From Squalus acanthias (lineage: Eukaryota), in assembly GCA_030390025.1 (NCBI GenBank), contig CM059432.1:146074001-146138000 (forward strand): DNA of 64,000 nucleotides, given 5' to 3'. The notes below the pieces were generated by a model. The model was not told the origin of the DNA, did not search any database, and saw only the letters and a list, made by a program, of their open reading frames with translations. The position numbers and the translations under genes are program-made. This document shows, one piece after another, positions 1-11,984 of this stretch. Numbering within the stretch: position 1 is the stretch's first letter; every line of letters starts with the position of its first letter.

Positions 1-416
1 TCGGGCTCACGGAGCGCAGCCGGCACCCCGCGGGGGGGCTTCACAGGAGGCCGGGGACAGCAGAGGGGGAAGGTGCTGGCAGGCGGCCAGCAACAAAAAT
101 GGCCGCCCGGCACCTTCCCTTTAATCTGCGCTGCCCCGGCCGCACGTAGACCTTGTCGGACATAGCTTCCAGCAGTAAGTCAGGGGGCGCTACCGAAGAT
201 CGTGGAAGGGGCGGGAGTGTGGAGCTGCGCACGGCGATGACGTCATCGCCGGAAGCGCAGCACCGCGGGGCGCTAACGGTTACTCCCGCCGCTAACCTCC
301 CGCTGAATTTCGTGGGCGGCGTTAGCGGTGCCGTGTTCGGACGCTAGTTGCTTTGCGCCCCGTTAGCGCCCTCTTAGGGCACTAATGGAAGGCACAAATC
401 AACTGAATTTTTCCCC
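1..416. mobile_element. End of a Harbinger-type element cut by the window edge
   Basis: Ends CAACTGAATTTTTCCCC followed by TTA; same terminus and TTAGCGCC subterminal motifs as the MITEs at 22259, 30662 and 41558. Confidence 0.7.
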
Positions 417-419
417 TTA

Positions 420-705
420 ATAAACTTACAGAATGGGCATATAATTGGCAAATGAATTTTGACACAGATAAGTGTGAGGTTTTACATTTTGGTAAGAAAA
501 ATAAGGGGGTCACGTATTTGGAAAATAAGAATCTAAATGTGATTGAGGAGCAAAGGGATCTCGGAGTACAAATACACAAATCACTAAAAGTAGCGACGCA
601 GGTTAATAAGGCCATAAAAAAGCAAAGCAAGCACTAGGGTTTATTTCTAGAGGGATAGAATTGAAAAGTACAGAAGTTATGCTAAACTTCTATCGAACCT
701 TGCCT
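420..705 (+). mobile_element. CR1 LINE ORF2 fragment
   Basis: WQMNF.TDKCEVLHFG...RDLGV motif (ORF 452..637). Confidence 0.8.
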
Positions 706-1497
706 TAACGGTACTTGCTCTTATCAAGCTCAGCTATGATGCCCCTATGTCATATATCGAGCGTCTCTGACCCCTCTTAAAGGGCAGGTGCACTCTAGCC
801 TCAAAACAAAAGGAACACTTATCAAAACTGAAATGGCTCTCACAAGCACTGAGAGAGCACTAAGATTCTCCAATGCTGCCTTGGAGGCCCTGGTGCTGGC
901 AGCCGACAGGAGAAGGGTCACCCTCTTCCCTCCAGGCATCAACTCAGGGAAGAGCTTTCAAGAGTATGTCAATGCCAGGAGCTTAGCGCCCAGGACATGG
1001 CTACAATGCTGGAAAAAAGTTCAATGACCTCACTAAAGTTATCAAGGTAAGTACACTGCTCTATTACTCTCTACTCACACCTACACTCTCACTGCTCACA
1101 AGACTCCCCTCCCCCACTTCCCTTCACTTTCCTACAATCATTACACTTCCTTCTCCTCGCCACTATTCCTACCTTCACTTCCCCATGCCTCACAACTGAC
1201 ATACTGACTACCAGCTATTCTGCCATGACAGGCAGATTCTGAAAACACCTCACAAGACATTCCCTTCTTTCTTGCAGGAGAAGGTCGTACACAAATTCAG
1301 ACAGGCGGCTGCCACCAGAGGAGGAAGAGCCCACCTGTACCACGTATACCTTAGAGGCCAGGTTAGAGGAGGTGTTTTCACGCGATGAATCACCGGGCAC
1401 AAGTCCACAGGAGCTATGATTGGTCACGCAGAGATCACACAGTAGTTCTGCTGCAAAGGACTCAGATGCTGACTTTGAGGGATCAGGCTACGTTTGT

Positions 1498-1625
1498 GTC
1501 AGCTGTGGCTCAGTGGGTAGCGCCCTTGCCTCTGAGTCAGAAGGTCGTGGGTTCGGGTCCCACTCCAGAGACTTGTGCACTAAAGTCTAGGCTGACACTC
1601 CAGTGCAGTACTGAGGGAGTGCTGT
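1498..1625 (+). mobile_element. 5' part of a tRNA-derived Deu-domain SINE
   Basis: Same head as 37106 (A box TGGCTCAGTGG, B box GGTTCGGGTCCC). Confidence 0.75.
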
Positions 1626-1809
1626 ACAGCTCTCACAGCTGCCATGGAAGCTCAGACAGCTCCCATCTTAGCTTTGGGGGCCACTGGTGATAGGGGCTTC
1701 CAGAGTGTCACATTACTCCTGAAGTTTGTTCTAACGCAGAGCTGTAGGAGTGCTGAGGCGCAGTCCCACAAGAGTGGCCTTGGCTCCATGGGAGAGGTAC
1801 CTGCTCAAG

Positions 1810-2235
1810 GCCTATAGTCCCTAGAGTTTAGAAGAATGAGAGGTGATCTAATTGAAACATATAAAATTCTTAAGGGGCTTGACAGGGTTAATGCTGGGAA
1901 AATGTTTCCCCTGGCTGGGGAATCTAGAACATGGGGCCACAGTCTCAGAATAAGGGGTCGGCCATTTAGGACGGAGATGAGTAGAAATTTCTTCACTCAA
2001 AGGGTGGTGAATCTTTGGAATTCTCTACCCCAGAGAGCTGGGGATGCTCAGTCGTTGAGTATATTCAAGACAAAGATCGATAATTTTTTGGGAACTAAGG
2101 GAATTAAGTGATATGGGGATAGTGTGAGAAGGTGGAGTTGAGGTAGAAGATCAGCCATGATCTTGTTGAATGGTAGAGCAGGCTCGAGGGGCCAAATGGC
2201 CTACTCCTGCTCCTATTTCTTATGTTCTTATGTTC
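1810..2235 (+). mobile_element. CR1 LINE 3' end
   Basis: RGDLIETYKIL...FFTQRVVNLWNSLP plus 3' UTR ending in (TTCTTATG)n. Confidence 0.9.
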
Positions 2236-2639
2236 TCTCAAGGTGACAGCATGCCTGCTCCCCCCCTCACCCACTCCACCAGTGCCCTTGCTAGTGTTAC
2301 ACAGTCAGCTTGGCCAGACTGCCCTGGCCCACGCCAAGATGCTGTAGTCTACAGCCAGGCTCTCAAGGACCATAGCTGCTCGAGGTCGCCAACCATGGCC
2401 GTCTGAAGTGCCCTCAATGGAAGCTCAGCAGCCTTCCACCTTGCAAGCTGTAGCCACTTGGGAAACATTCCGCAGGAGCACCAGGATAAGAAAATGAGCT
2501 CACAGAACAGGCATTAGGGCATGCACAAGGGTGATTCATGATTTCTGTCAATGGTGACATATTGTGATGATATTTGCTTGATAAATTTGTTTTTTGTTCT
2601 GGATTTGGTGCTGGTGTTTATATTTGTAGTGAAGTGAAG

Positions 2640-4273
2640 GCAAGACCCATGATGCAGTGAACCCACTAAGAACTGGCTAAGAGATTTGTCCAACAGTAAC
2701 TTGTCCCATTAATTAACGGGGTAGCTACGATTCATCTTGCCTTCCTCAATCTCAGGTTATTCGTGGTCTCACCCAATGCAAACCGAAGTTCTGGGATTGT
2801 CCCGTTTGTGGTGGTCTTATTTGATAATAAAAACCTTTTGGAAAGAAAATAGCGATCAAGTGACTGCAGGGGAGGAGCCTCAAGCCCCGAAATCCCCGGC
2901 GCAAAGGAGAAAGCGCAGTGTGCTTAATAATATAGCAACAATGTGGAATACCGCGTTAGGATGGGTAAATACAAGGGATATTATGAGCCTGAACTATCAA
3001 TTGGGAAAATTGAGAGAAAAGGTAAAGCAGGCATTACGAAACCAGAACAGCATAGGTAACATATAATTGGAAGCAGAATTGACCTTGACAATTCACGTGC
3101 AAGGGTTGGTCAAATTGTTGGAAAATCAGGCACAGGCCATAAACAATTTGACAAGGGAGGATAGAAACACCTCTGATCAGGCAGCACAAAATGATGCATG
3201 TGCGATGATGAGCTCTTGGATTCTACAGGACATAGGGAGGAATTTGAATAGAATAGCTGAGGGAAGGGTTCCATCTTGGATGGAAGATAAATGCCTTAAG
3301 GCAGCGGAAAGGTATCAGTCAAATTTGACAGTGTGTCAGTTGCGAAGTCTTACTGTGGTGCGTGTCGCCCCACACGAATGTAATCAGACTAGCGATGATA
3401 GCTTGATAGGAATCATACTAAGAATGCCCGTAATGTCCAAGCCTTGGGCACCACTGTGGGTGTATAAGGTAGCCAATGTGGGTTGCCTGAAAGATAGTGT
3501 TTTATATAAATATACATCATGCTGTTAAAAATAACCAATCTCTCTATGAGGTAAAATTACATCTATGTAAGACCCAAGGAAGAACCACCATGTGTATGTA
3601 TAATGTCTTGGATGATGAAGAGCCGTATGTGCGATTTAACTTGACAAGGATGTCCAAGTATCAGTGTCAGGTCACTGCCGTAAGGTCGACTCAATATACC
3701 ACCGTTGTTTATAAGGAACAGGGTGTCTATTGTTGGACCACCACAGAAACAGAATATAAATATGGGCAAAAGAATGCTACAATATGTCTGGTATCTAACA
3801 GTACTATGTGTATTAAACCTAAAAGGATGGTAAGAATTGGGAACAGGACTTTCCTGCCTTTGATGAATCAGAATCCAATGCATGTTAAGGCATCAACCGG
3901 GGTAGAAGATTTGGAGAAATACGTGTCCATCTTTGGATATGGGTTACCTTGGATAAATGAAAATCTCGCTGAGTTTGTGAAATGAATTGGAAAAGTGGGA
4001 AGAACATTCTCAGTATTGAAAGGGAGGAATGATGCTAATGACAGAATAATAACCTCGTTAATGCACGAGGCGACTTCGTGGTGGGATTTGGGATTTAATC
4101 GTATAGACTTAGCTCCATGGGTAAGACTGTGCTCACAAGCTCTGCTGTGGTTACGGCTAATGTGTGTGATCGTGCTTACGTGGGAGTGGGGAATGCGGGC
4201 AAGACGTAAACAAAGAAAGAACAAGGGAAGAAAACTTAAGCATGTGATGGAACTGTTACAGGATCAGCTTTAA
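2640..4273 (+). pseudogene. env: Endogenous retroviral env relic (class I fusion glycoprotein, foamy/lokiretrovirus-like)
   Basis: ORFs 2737..3066 and 3067..3528 share a frame, as do 3497..3985 and 3995..4273 (two stops, one frameshift). Furin site RRKR|SV, heptad-like helix, Cys-containing beta region, many N-x-S/T sequons, hydrophobic C-terminal segment and basic tail. Confidence 0.75.
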
Positions 4274-4406
4274 TAATGTGAAATGGGGGTATAGATATTG
4301 TATTGTAGGGGATAAAAGAGGACTATGTCTGGTCAGAATACATACTACTCCAACTCTGGTGAAATGTCTACACATGAATGAACATGAGAGACATTTAAGG
4401 GTGGAC

Positions 4407-5086
4407 TGTAAGCTGCTATACATGTAATAAAATCGCTGCTACCGTGTGGAGATCGAAATTGCGAACAGATTGTGAGATAATGGATGGATTAAAAATGGAG
4501 GATGTCAGCATGTGGTCCTTTGTTTGTAAGACCACATGGACAGGAAGGGGAAACACAGGGTGAAGAGGAAGTCCTGCCCCCCACACACATCACAGGGACA
4601 TGAGCGTATCATGCAGAAGGAACTCCAATTAAGGAAGGTTGGGAGTGTGAAACTGACCTATCAGAGGGAGGCAGCGAAAAAAATATGAGGGGGCCCATGC
4701 AGGAGGGCACTATAAAGGGGAAAGACAGAAACACGGAAATCAGAAGGACAAAGGGAGCTGTTTCAAATGGCCAGTCGACTTCTGCAGCCTACCACTGATC
4801 ACCCGAGGAGGAGTGTATGTATGTATGAAAGTCAGACATAGAGCATATAAATTGCTAAAGTAAACTGGGGAACATATAAATTACTGGAGTAAACTGTGGA
4901 GCATATAAATTGCTGGGGGTACTTCTATGTACGGACTTATTAAACTGTGGGCATATATACATTGCCGGGGATACTTTATGTACGTTTGACTTATTAATAA
5001 ACTGTAGTGTGAATAAAGACCACTTTTATTGATCACAAACTTATCTGTCATTGTTACGCTTATTTGTAATTCTGGAGGTCCGAACA
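4407..5086 (+). mobile_element. 3' LTR of the env-bearing element
   Basis: Preceded by purine tract AAGGGTGGAC; starts TGTAAG, TATAAA at 4711, AATAAA near 4996 and 5012, ends AACA. The right boundary is inferred because there is no second LTR to compare. Confidence 0.65.
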
Positions 5087-5089
5087 GTA

Positions 5090-5390
5090 GTAGGAAAGTC
5101 CTACAGCTCCCTTTTTCTGCTTCATCCTACTCTCTAACTCCTTTGTCATCCAGGGAGCTCTGGCTTTGGTTGCCCTCCCTTGTTCCCCTTGTGGGAATGT
5201 ACATGGACCATGACAACTAAATCTTCACCTACCCTTTTCAAGTTCCTCTCCAGTTGCTGCGAGATATCATCTACCTTTGCGCCAGGTATGCAACACACCC
5301 TTCTGGACTCTCGGTCGTGACTGCATTGGACATTATCTATCCCCCTAATTATAGAATCCTCCGTGACTAGAACCTTTTCATTCTGCTCTT
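5090..5390 (-). mobile_element. CR1 relic including ORF1 SGNH-esterase fragment
   Basis: Minus strand reads DSIIRGID...RRVCCIPGAKVDDI...VVMVHV, typical of CR1 ORF1 esterase. Confidence 0.7.
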
Positions 5391-5920
5391 TTCCCTCTTT
5401 AGACTGCCTCCGGCTCCATGGTTAACATTCTGGCTGACCACCCCGCAGCCTGCATCCTTGGAGGCCTTTTGGGGAGTCTCTGATCATGGGGGTGGGTGAG
5501 ACAGGGACGCTGGATCCAGGAGTTAAGTGTAAAGACACTTACCTCCTGGATCCAACAGTCCTCACCTTGCTTTGGCTGGTGGGTTCCCCGAGGCCTGCGA
5601 AACCTGACTAGCCACAGTTAAATTTGTAATGCTGGTTAAATCTGAGGCATGCCAGCCTCATTATAATATTTAAATGGTAGACCCAACCTCCTGGGAGCGG
5701 GTTGGTTGCCCGCTCCCCCGTCCCGCCTCCGTTAAAACTGGAAGTGGGCGGGTTGGAGTCAGGATTCAGTTTTTTTTAACACTTTAACCTCCTACCCGAC
5801 CCCAACCCACCTGTTTTTTAGGGTTAAAATGTTCCCCCCTTGTGTTCAGGGCTGTTATGCATGTTGATCCCCATTTTCAAAAATCTATGTCTAAGTTTGT
5901 AAAACAAACCTCTGACTAAC

Positions 5921-6620
5921 CTTTGCCTCTTTTTGCCATCTTTAATAACCTTTAATCTTTCAATATCCATCCACAGCCACCAGTATTTCGCGCCCGCTGT
6001 TCCCTGAAGAAACGTCTTGAATTTTTCAACGCCCTTTCTGTTCTTGTAATTATAACTGTGACGTGGTGTCACGTAGCAGAAATCTCTGATATCATCCTCC
6101 TCATTCGAAGAATCAGAATCTGTACTTTCCTCACCCATATTATCTGAAAAACCTTGAGTGTTTACATCACCACTCGCTGCAAAGGATCTCTCTACGTTCA
6201 GCTGAGCAGTTTTTGAAACATTGGACTTTGGTTCTATTTGAGTATCAATCTTTGTATGACGGTCCAAGTGAGGCTTTGTTTCATCAGGTGTAGAAGGGAG
6301 GTTAGTCTCTGTACTCTGGGTTGTTGTTCTATCATCGGTGCTGTCTTGTTCTTTCTCCTTTTCTTTTTCTTCTAAGTCATGTTCAGTTTCACTCTCTGAC
6401 TTTATTTCAAGAAAAATTGTTCCTGGTGCCTGCAATGGGATCTCAGGGACAAATTCAAATAATTCGTTATCCACAACTTTTGGTTTTGAAAAACCCGAGA
6501 GGCAGATATCCTGATCACGCTCAAAATAGTGTCTGCTTGAGTGCTGTCTGCTAGTTTGGGATCTAACGGGTAGCTTTCCAGCTTCAACACTGGTCATAAT
6601 GTCATCCAACAGCGAAATAC
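5921..6620 (-). CDS. RGS22: RGS22 large coding exon (700 nt, phase 1/2) ending FKTFLQGTAGAKYWWLWMDIERLKVIKDGKKRQR
   Basis: Acceptor ttgctccAG at 6622-6621, donor GTtagt below 5921; open frame throughout (ORF 5824..6609); YWWLWMDIERLK is characteristic of RGS22. Confidence 0.88.
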
Positions 6621-7734
6621 CTGGAGCAATTCAATTTTAAGAAATTTAATTCCTATTATAGGGAAAGGGCAAGGATTCAGTGGCAAAACCATGGTGTGTG
6701 ACACACATTCCCATTTCTCTCCCCAACAGGACAGGACAACGTGGGACATAGTCTTGTCCACTATAACAGTGGCAGTTGGACTGGAGTGACAGACAACCTT
6801 GAAACTCAAGCCTGCAATCATCTGATTTGGAAATGGGTGTTCTGCTATTTGAACTAACTGACCTCATGCTTTTTGTACCAGCCACACAACGCATTCACAG
6901 GCGGTCTCTGAAGAGGGAGGGGGGTAGAAAATGTTTTCAAAAACTAGTAATTAATTCAGGCAATAAATCATTTGGCACTTTGTAGTCTGTGCACAAAGAT
7001 CCTGGAATAAGTAAATGGGGCTGATAAACAATCATATGTCATCAAATTACAGGATATGTAATTGCTATTAACGACATAACAACATTTATTCATTTATATA
7101 AAAGTACTAAATTTCAAAAAAAAATAGGGTAACCTTTTTCAACAAAACAGTTGTTTTAGTTAATTTTTTTTTAAATACAAATTTTACTTTATCTTTGAGA
7201 AACAAACTCAGAGACATCATTGTAAAGAATGGTAATAATTTACCTATCTACAGTGTTTAAACATTTTCAGTAAAATTATTTGTTATACAAAAGGATGTTG
7301 AAATATCAAGTGGTCACGGTGTGCTAGTGCGGTAAATACAACTATTTACTGTTACTGTACCACGGCGCCAGCATTATACAGGCCGTTTGCATATGTAAAT
7401 AAGGAGGCCTAATGCCTGTTTGAGGGCCCCTTTGCAAAACGTGGTCTACCTGCAGCCTAACCATCGGTTCTTAAAGGGACCACTGGAGGCCACCACCATA
7501 AAGGCTAAATTGTTAAAAAAAAATATTTTCCTGAATGTGGAGACGGAAGGAGCACTCCTGGCTCCACTGCAGCTTCAAAGCCTGTTGCCGGCTCCACTCG
7601 GTCCCTTCCAAACAACCCCCACCCTCCCGACCACACCCCACCACTCCCAATCGCTTCCTCCTTCCCAATCACTTCTCTCCCTCTCCGACCGTTCACCTCT
7701 TCCAGCTTCACATTCAGGCAAGTATTTTTTTTAC

Positions 7735-8768
7735 AACAACAACAACAACAACAGCTTATATTTATCTAGCACCTTTAACGTAGTAAAACGTCCCAAGGCG
7801 CTTCACAGGAGTATTATAAGACAAAATTTTGGCACCAAGCCACATAAGGAAAAATTAGGGCAGAGGACCAAAGAGGTAGGTTTTAAGGAGAAGTCTTAAA
7901 GGAGGAAAGAGAGGTAGAGAGGCAGAAAGGTTTAGGGAGGGAATTCCAGAGCTTAGGGCCTAGGCAACTGAAGGCACGGCCACCAATGGTTGAACGATTA
8001 TAATCAGGGATGCTCAAGAGGGAAGAATTAGAGGAGCGCAGATATCTCGGGGGGTTGTGGGGCTGGAGGAGATTACAGAGATAGGGAGGGGCGAGGCCAT
8101 GGAGGGATTTCAAAACAAGGATGAGAATTTTGAAATCGAGGCGTTGTTTAACCCGGAGCCAATGTAGGTCAGCGAGCACAGGGGTGATGGGCGAACGGGA
8201 CTTGGTGTGAGTTAGGACATGGGCAGCCGAGTTTTGGATGACCTCAAGTTTACGTAGGGTGGAATGTGGGAGGCCAGCCAGGAGTGCGTTGGAATAGTTA
8301 AGTCGAGGTAACAAAGGCATGGATGAGGGTTTCAGCAGCGGATGAGCTGAGGCAGGGGCGGAGACGGGCGATGTTACGGAGGTGGAAATAGGCGGTCTTA
8401 GTTATGCCGCGGATATGTGGTCGGAAGCTCATTTCAGTGTCAAATATGACACCAAGTTTGCGAACAGTGTGGTTCAGCCTCAGACAGATGTTCGGGAGAG
8501 AGATTGAGTCAGTGGCTAGGGAACGGAGTTTGTGGCGGGGACCGAAAAAAATGGCTTCGGATTTCCCAATATTTAACTGGAGAAAATTTCTGCTCATCCA
8601 GAACTGGATATTGGACAAGCACTCTGACAATTTAGAGACCATGGAGGGGTCGAGAGAAGTAGTAGTGAGGTAGAGCTGGGTGTCATCAGCGTACATGTGG
8701 AAAATGATGCTGTGTTTTCGGATGATGTCGCCAAGGGGCAGCATGTAGATGAGAAATAGGAGCAGGCC
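7735..8768 (-). mobile_element. L2 LINE 3' part (copy 1)
   Basis: HMYADDTQLY, LDYSNALL, LHWL motifs; (GTT)n tail at about 7735-7752; small internal deletion. Confidence 0.9.
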
Positions 8769-9635
8769 AACAACAACAACTTGTATTTATATAGCGCCTT
8801 TAACGTAATAAAACGTCCCAAGGCGCTGCAAAAGGAATATTTTAAGACAAAAAAATTTGACACCGATCCACATAAGGAGAAATTAGGGCAGGTGACCAAA
8901 AGCTTGGTCAAAGAGGTAGGTTTTAAGGAGCGTCTTAAAGGAGGAAAGAGAGGTAGTGAGGTGGACAGGTTTAGGCAGGGAATTCCAGGGCTTAGGGCCT
9001 AGACAACAGAAGGCACAGCCAGCAAAGGTTGAGCGATTATAATCAGGGATCCTCAAGAGGGCAGAATTAGAGGAGCGCAGATATCTCGGAGGGTTGTGGG
9101 GCTGAAGGAGATTACAGAAATAGGAAGGGGCGAGGCCATGGAGGGATTTGAAAACAAGGATGAGAATTTTGAAATTGAGGCGCTGCTTAACCGGGAGCTA
9201 ATGAAGGTCAGTGAGCGCAGGGGTGATGGGCGACCGGGACTTGGTGCGAGTTAGGAGACGGGCAGCCGAGTTTTGGATGACCTCAAGTTTACGTAGGGTG
9301 GAATGTGGGAGGCCAGCCAGGAGTGCGTTGGAGTAGTCAAGTCGAGGTAACAAAAGCATGGATGAGGGTTTCAGCAGCGGATGAGCTGAGGCAAGGGTGG
9401 AGACGGGCGATGTTACGGAGGTGGAAGTAGGCGGTCTTAGTTATGCTGCGGATATGTGGTCGGAAGCTCATTTCAGGGTCAAATATGACACCAAGGTTGC
9501 GAACAGTGTGGTTCAGCCGCAGACAGATGTTAGGGAGAGAGATGGAGTCAGTAGCTAGGGAACGGAGTTTAATTGGAAAGGATAGATCCTCGGGGGACAC
9601 CAGAGGTAACGATGCGGGAGCGGGAAGAGAAGCCG
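8769..9635 (-). mobile_element. L2 LINE 3' part (copy 2), tandem to copy 1
   Basis: Near-identical to 7883-8530, with its own (GTT)n tail at 8769-8780. Confidence 0.9.
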
Positions 9636-9654
9636 CTGCAGGCCTAGTCTATAC

Positions 9655-10120
9655 AACCTCTCCTCATAATTTAACCCCTTTAGCCCCTGGTATCATTCTA
9701 ATGAATCTGTGCTGCACCCACTCCAAGGCCAATATATCCTTTCTGAGGTGTGGTGCCCTGAACTGAATGCAGTTATTCCAGATGGGGTCTAACCAGAGCT
9801 TTATCCAACTGTAGCATAACTTCAACCCCATTGCACTCCAGCCCCCTTCAGACGAAGACTAAAATTCCATCAGCCTTTTTAATTATTTTTTTTGTTTACC
9901 AGCTTTCAGTGATTTCTGTTCTTGGACCCCTAAATCTCTCTGCTCTTCCACTGTTCCTAGCCCTTCACCATTTAGAAAATACTCCGATCGATCTTTCTGA
10001 GATCCAAAGTGGATGACCCACACTTCCCCACGTTGAACTCCATCTGCCACAGTTTTGCCCACTCACTTAATCAATCAATATCCCTTTGCAAATTTCTGCT
10101 CCCATCTACACTGTTTACTG
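9655..10120 (-). mobile_element. Decayed CR1 ORF2 fragment
   Basis: Reverse strand shows WAKLWQMEFN and QFRAPHLRKDI-like motifs. Confidence 0.7.
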
Positions 10121-11614
10121 TGTCACAGGATGCTAAATAACAATTAAATGGATTTCAATTAGAGGAACCTGGGTAGTTCGCATAGAGTGAACCACATAAG
10201 GCACATTCAGAATTTCTTGAGTAGTTTTTATACTAATACTATTTTAGAAATAAAATGCTATAATTACAGCTATCTGCTTCCATAGAGAATTTAGATGCAA
10301 TTGGTATCTTGAAACTTGGTTGGATGGTGATGGATCTTAAGTGGAGTTGAAAGTATTCATGAAGAGAGGTTGTAATCACAAAGAATGGAATGTAGCTTTA
10401 TTTATAAAAGTGGATGTAATTGTGATTGGGAGGGAGGATATTGGTCAGTAAAATGGTTAAGGTACAATTAGAGCAGGAGGTTGGTCCAAGGTTGAACCTT
10501 GAAACGTGTTATGGGCCTTTGGTAGGGCAGGACAGGGAACTTTATGAAAAAATTACATTAAAAAAATTAAAAGAGCAACCGTTATCGTGGGAAATATTTT
10601 AACGATGCTTCCATTAAGTGGTCTAATACGGGACAGCCAAGTACAGAGGAACGCAAAATTAAGTTAGTTGTTTCTTTATTCAACTTGATAACCTATTTTA
10701 TTTAGCATTTAGTGGTGATCTGGAGATGAAATCTGATCTTTATGTGAACGTTATTGATCACTGTATTCTTAGATTTTAGTTAATATTGCTGATAAGTTAA
10801 TGCTTGTACTTAATTTCAGGAGGGCTACATTTTCACTTTTGAGTAATGATCAGTGTGACAGGGACATTGGGCAATGCTGCTGGGTAAAAATAACAGTGAT
10901 ACAGAAAAAAATTGCTAACTTTTAAATCAATGCTGAAGGACCAAGGAAGTCTTGTACATCCTTAAGAAACAAAGGTTTCAAAGAAAAATTAATCCTAAAT
11001 GGGGTGCAAGTCGATAAATTAATCTTAAAAAGTATTTCACCAAGTATGAAAGTTTCAGCTGTCAAGAAAATGAGGAGAATTATAAAACCGTCAGAGGAAA
11101 ACAAAAGCCTGTATTTGGAAAGCTAAGATGGCTTTATAAAAATGAATGGTGGATAACTGCAGTTGTGATGGCAAGGCTTTTTACAGTATGTTGAGAGTCA
11201 AAGAAGAATCAATGATTGCTTTGTTACTTTCAGGCATTTGTTCGGGAAGGTTATGCACGCTGATAAAGATATGTCTCATCAGCTAAATAACTTTTCTGCT
11301 TTGGTTTTTGCTTCTGAAGGTGCTGTAGTCCCTGTGTTAAACCAAGTGCAGCTAAAACTGCTTCATTAGGAGTAAACATGGAGATGGTTTTAACGATGAT
11401 TAATGGGTGAATTTTTGCAGGGCTTCTCCCATTCATCTGCCCTGTTTGTACTACTTTCCAGGCTCTTCCATCAAAGGTGAACAAGTGGGAGAACCTCTGC
11501 AGAAATTCACGCACATTATTTAAGATTGGTATTGTTGTGGGACCCGATGCCATTTGCTCAGGGATATGGGGGAAGTCATATCTGTGTCATTAGCTCATAT
11601 ATTCAGTGGCACGT

Positions 11615-11712
11615 CGGTTTTGATGATGGCTCCACACCCAAAACATTAAGTCATCTTTTATCTCCACAGATGCTGACTGACTTACTGAGTGTTTCCAGCA
11701 TTTTCTATTTCA
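11615..11712 (+). repeat. Degenerate Penelope-type terminal repeat
   Basis: TCTCCACAGATGCTG...CTGAGTGTTTCCAGCATTTTCT matches 42620-42670; ribozyme core decayed. Confidence 0.55.
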
Positions 11713-11984
11713 GTTTCCCATGGCTCGGAGGGTGGCTCATGTGGCTCATGCGGAGCTTGGAATTAACCGGCTTGCGAGCAAAGTTATTGGAGAACATCAT
11801 ATGGGATAGGATACAAGATCATTTGGAGAGTTCAGTAGTTATTTGGGATGCCTAACATGACTTTAGAAAACATAAATCCTGTCTTATTAATTTGATTGAT
11901 ATCTTGAAGAAGTTACCAGCATGGTGGATAAAGATATTCTGGCTGCTATTGTATACTTTGACTTTCAAAAAGCTTTGATAAAGG

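Larger units (their letters stand above)
750..2630 (+). pseudogene. Decayed Harbinger Myb/SANT accessory gene, interrupted by a SINE and a CR1 tail
   Basis: ATG 833, RFSNAALEALV...RTWLQCWKK motif, GTAAGT donor at 1047 and TTGCAG acceptor at 1277 in the same positions as in the other Harbinger Myb genes here. Confidence 0.7.

Noticed and set aside
4840..5010. CRISPR-like array
   Set aside because: Eukaryotic context, tandem degenerate units without unique spacers, no cas genes.
2626..5091. GTAG(T) on both sides of the env-LTR block as a TSD
   Set aside because: Left flank is Harbinger sequence and right flank is CR1, so they do not rejoin; no 5' LTR. Probably a deletion junction and a chance match.
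6646..6910. ORF 6646..6894 and an acceptor near 6908 as an extension of the large exon
   Set aside because: All frames from that acceptor stop before 6620.
11251..11553. 100-aa minus-strand ORF in unique sequence as an extra RGS22 exon
   Set aside because: No recognisable similarity, and the nearest acceptor read in the required phase hits a stop.
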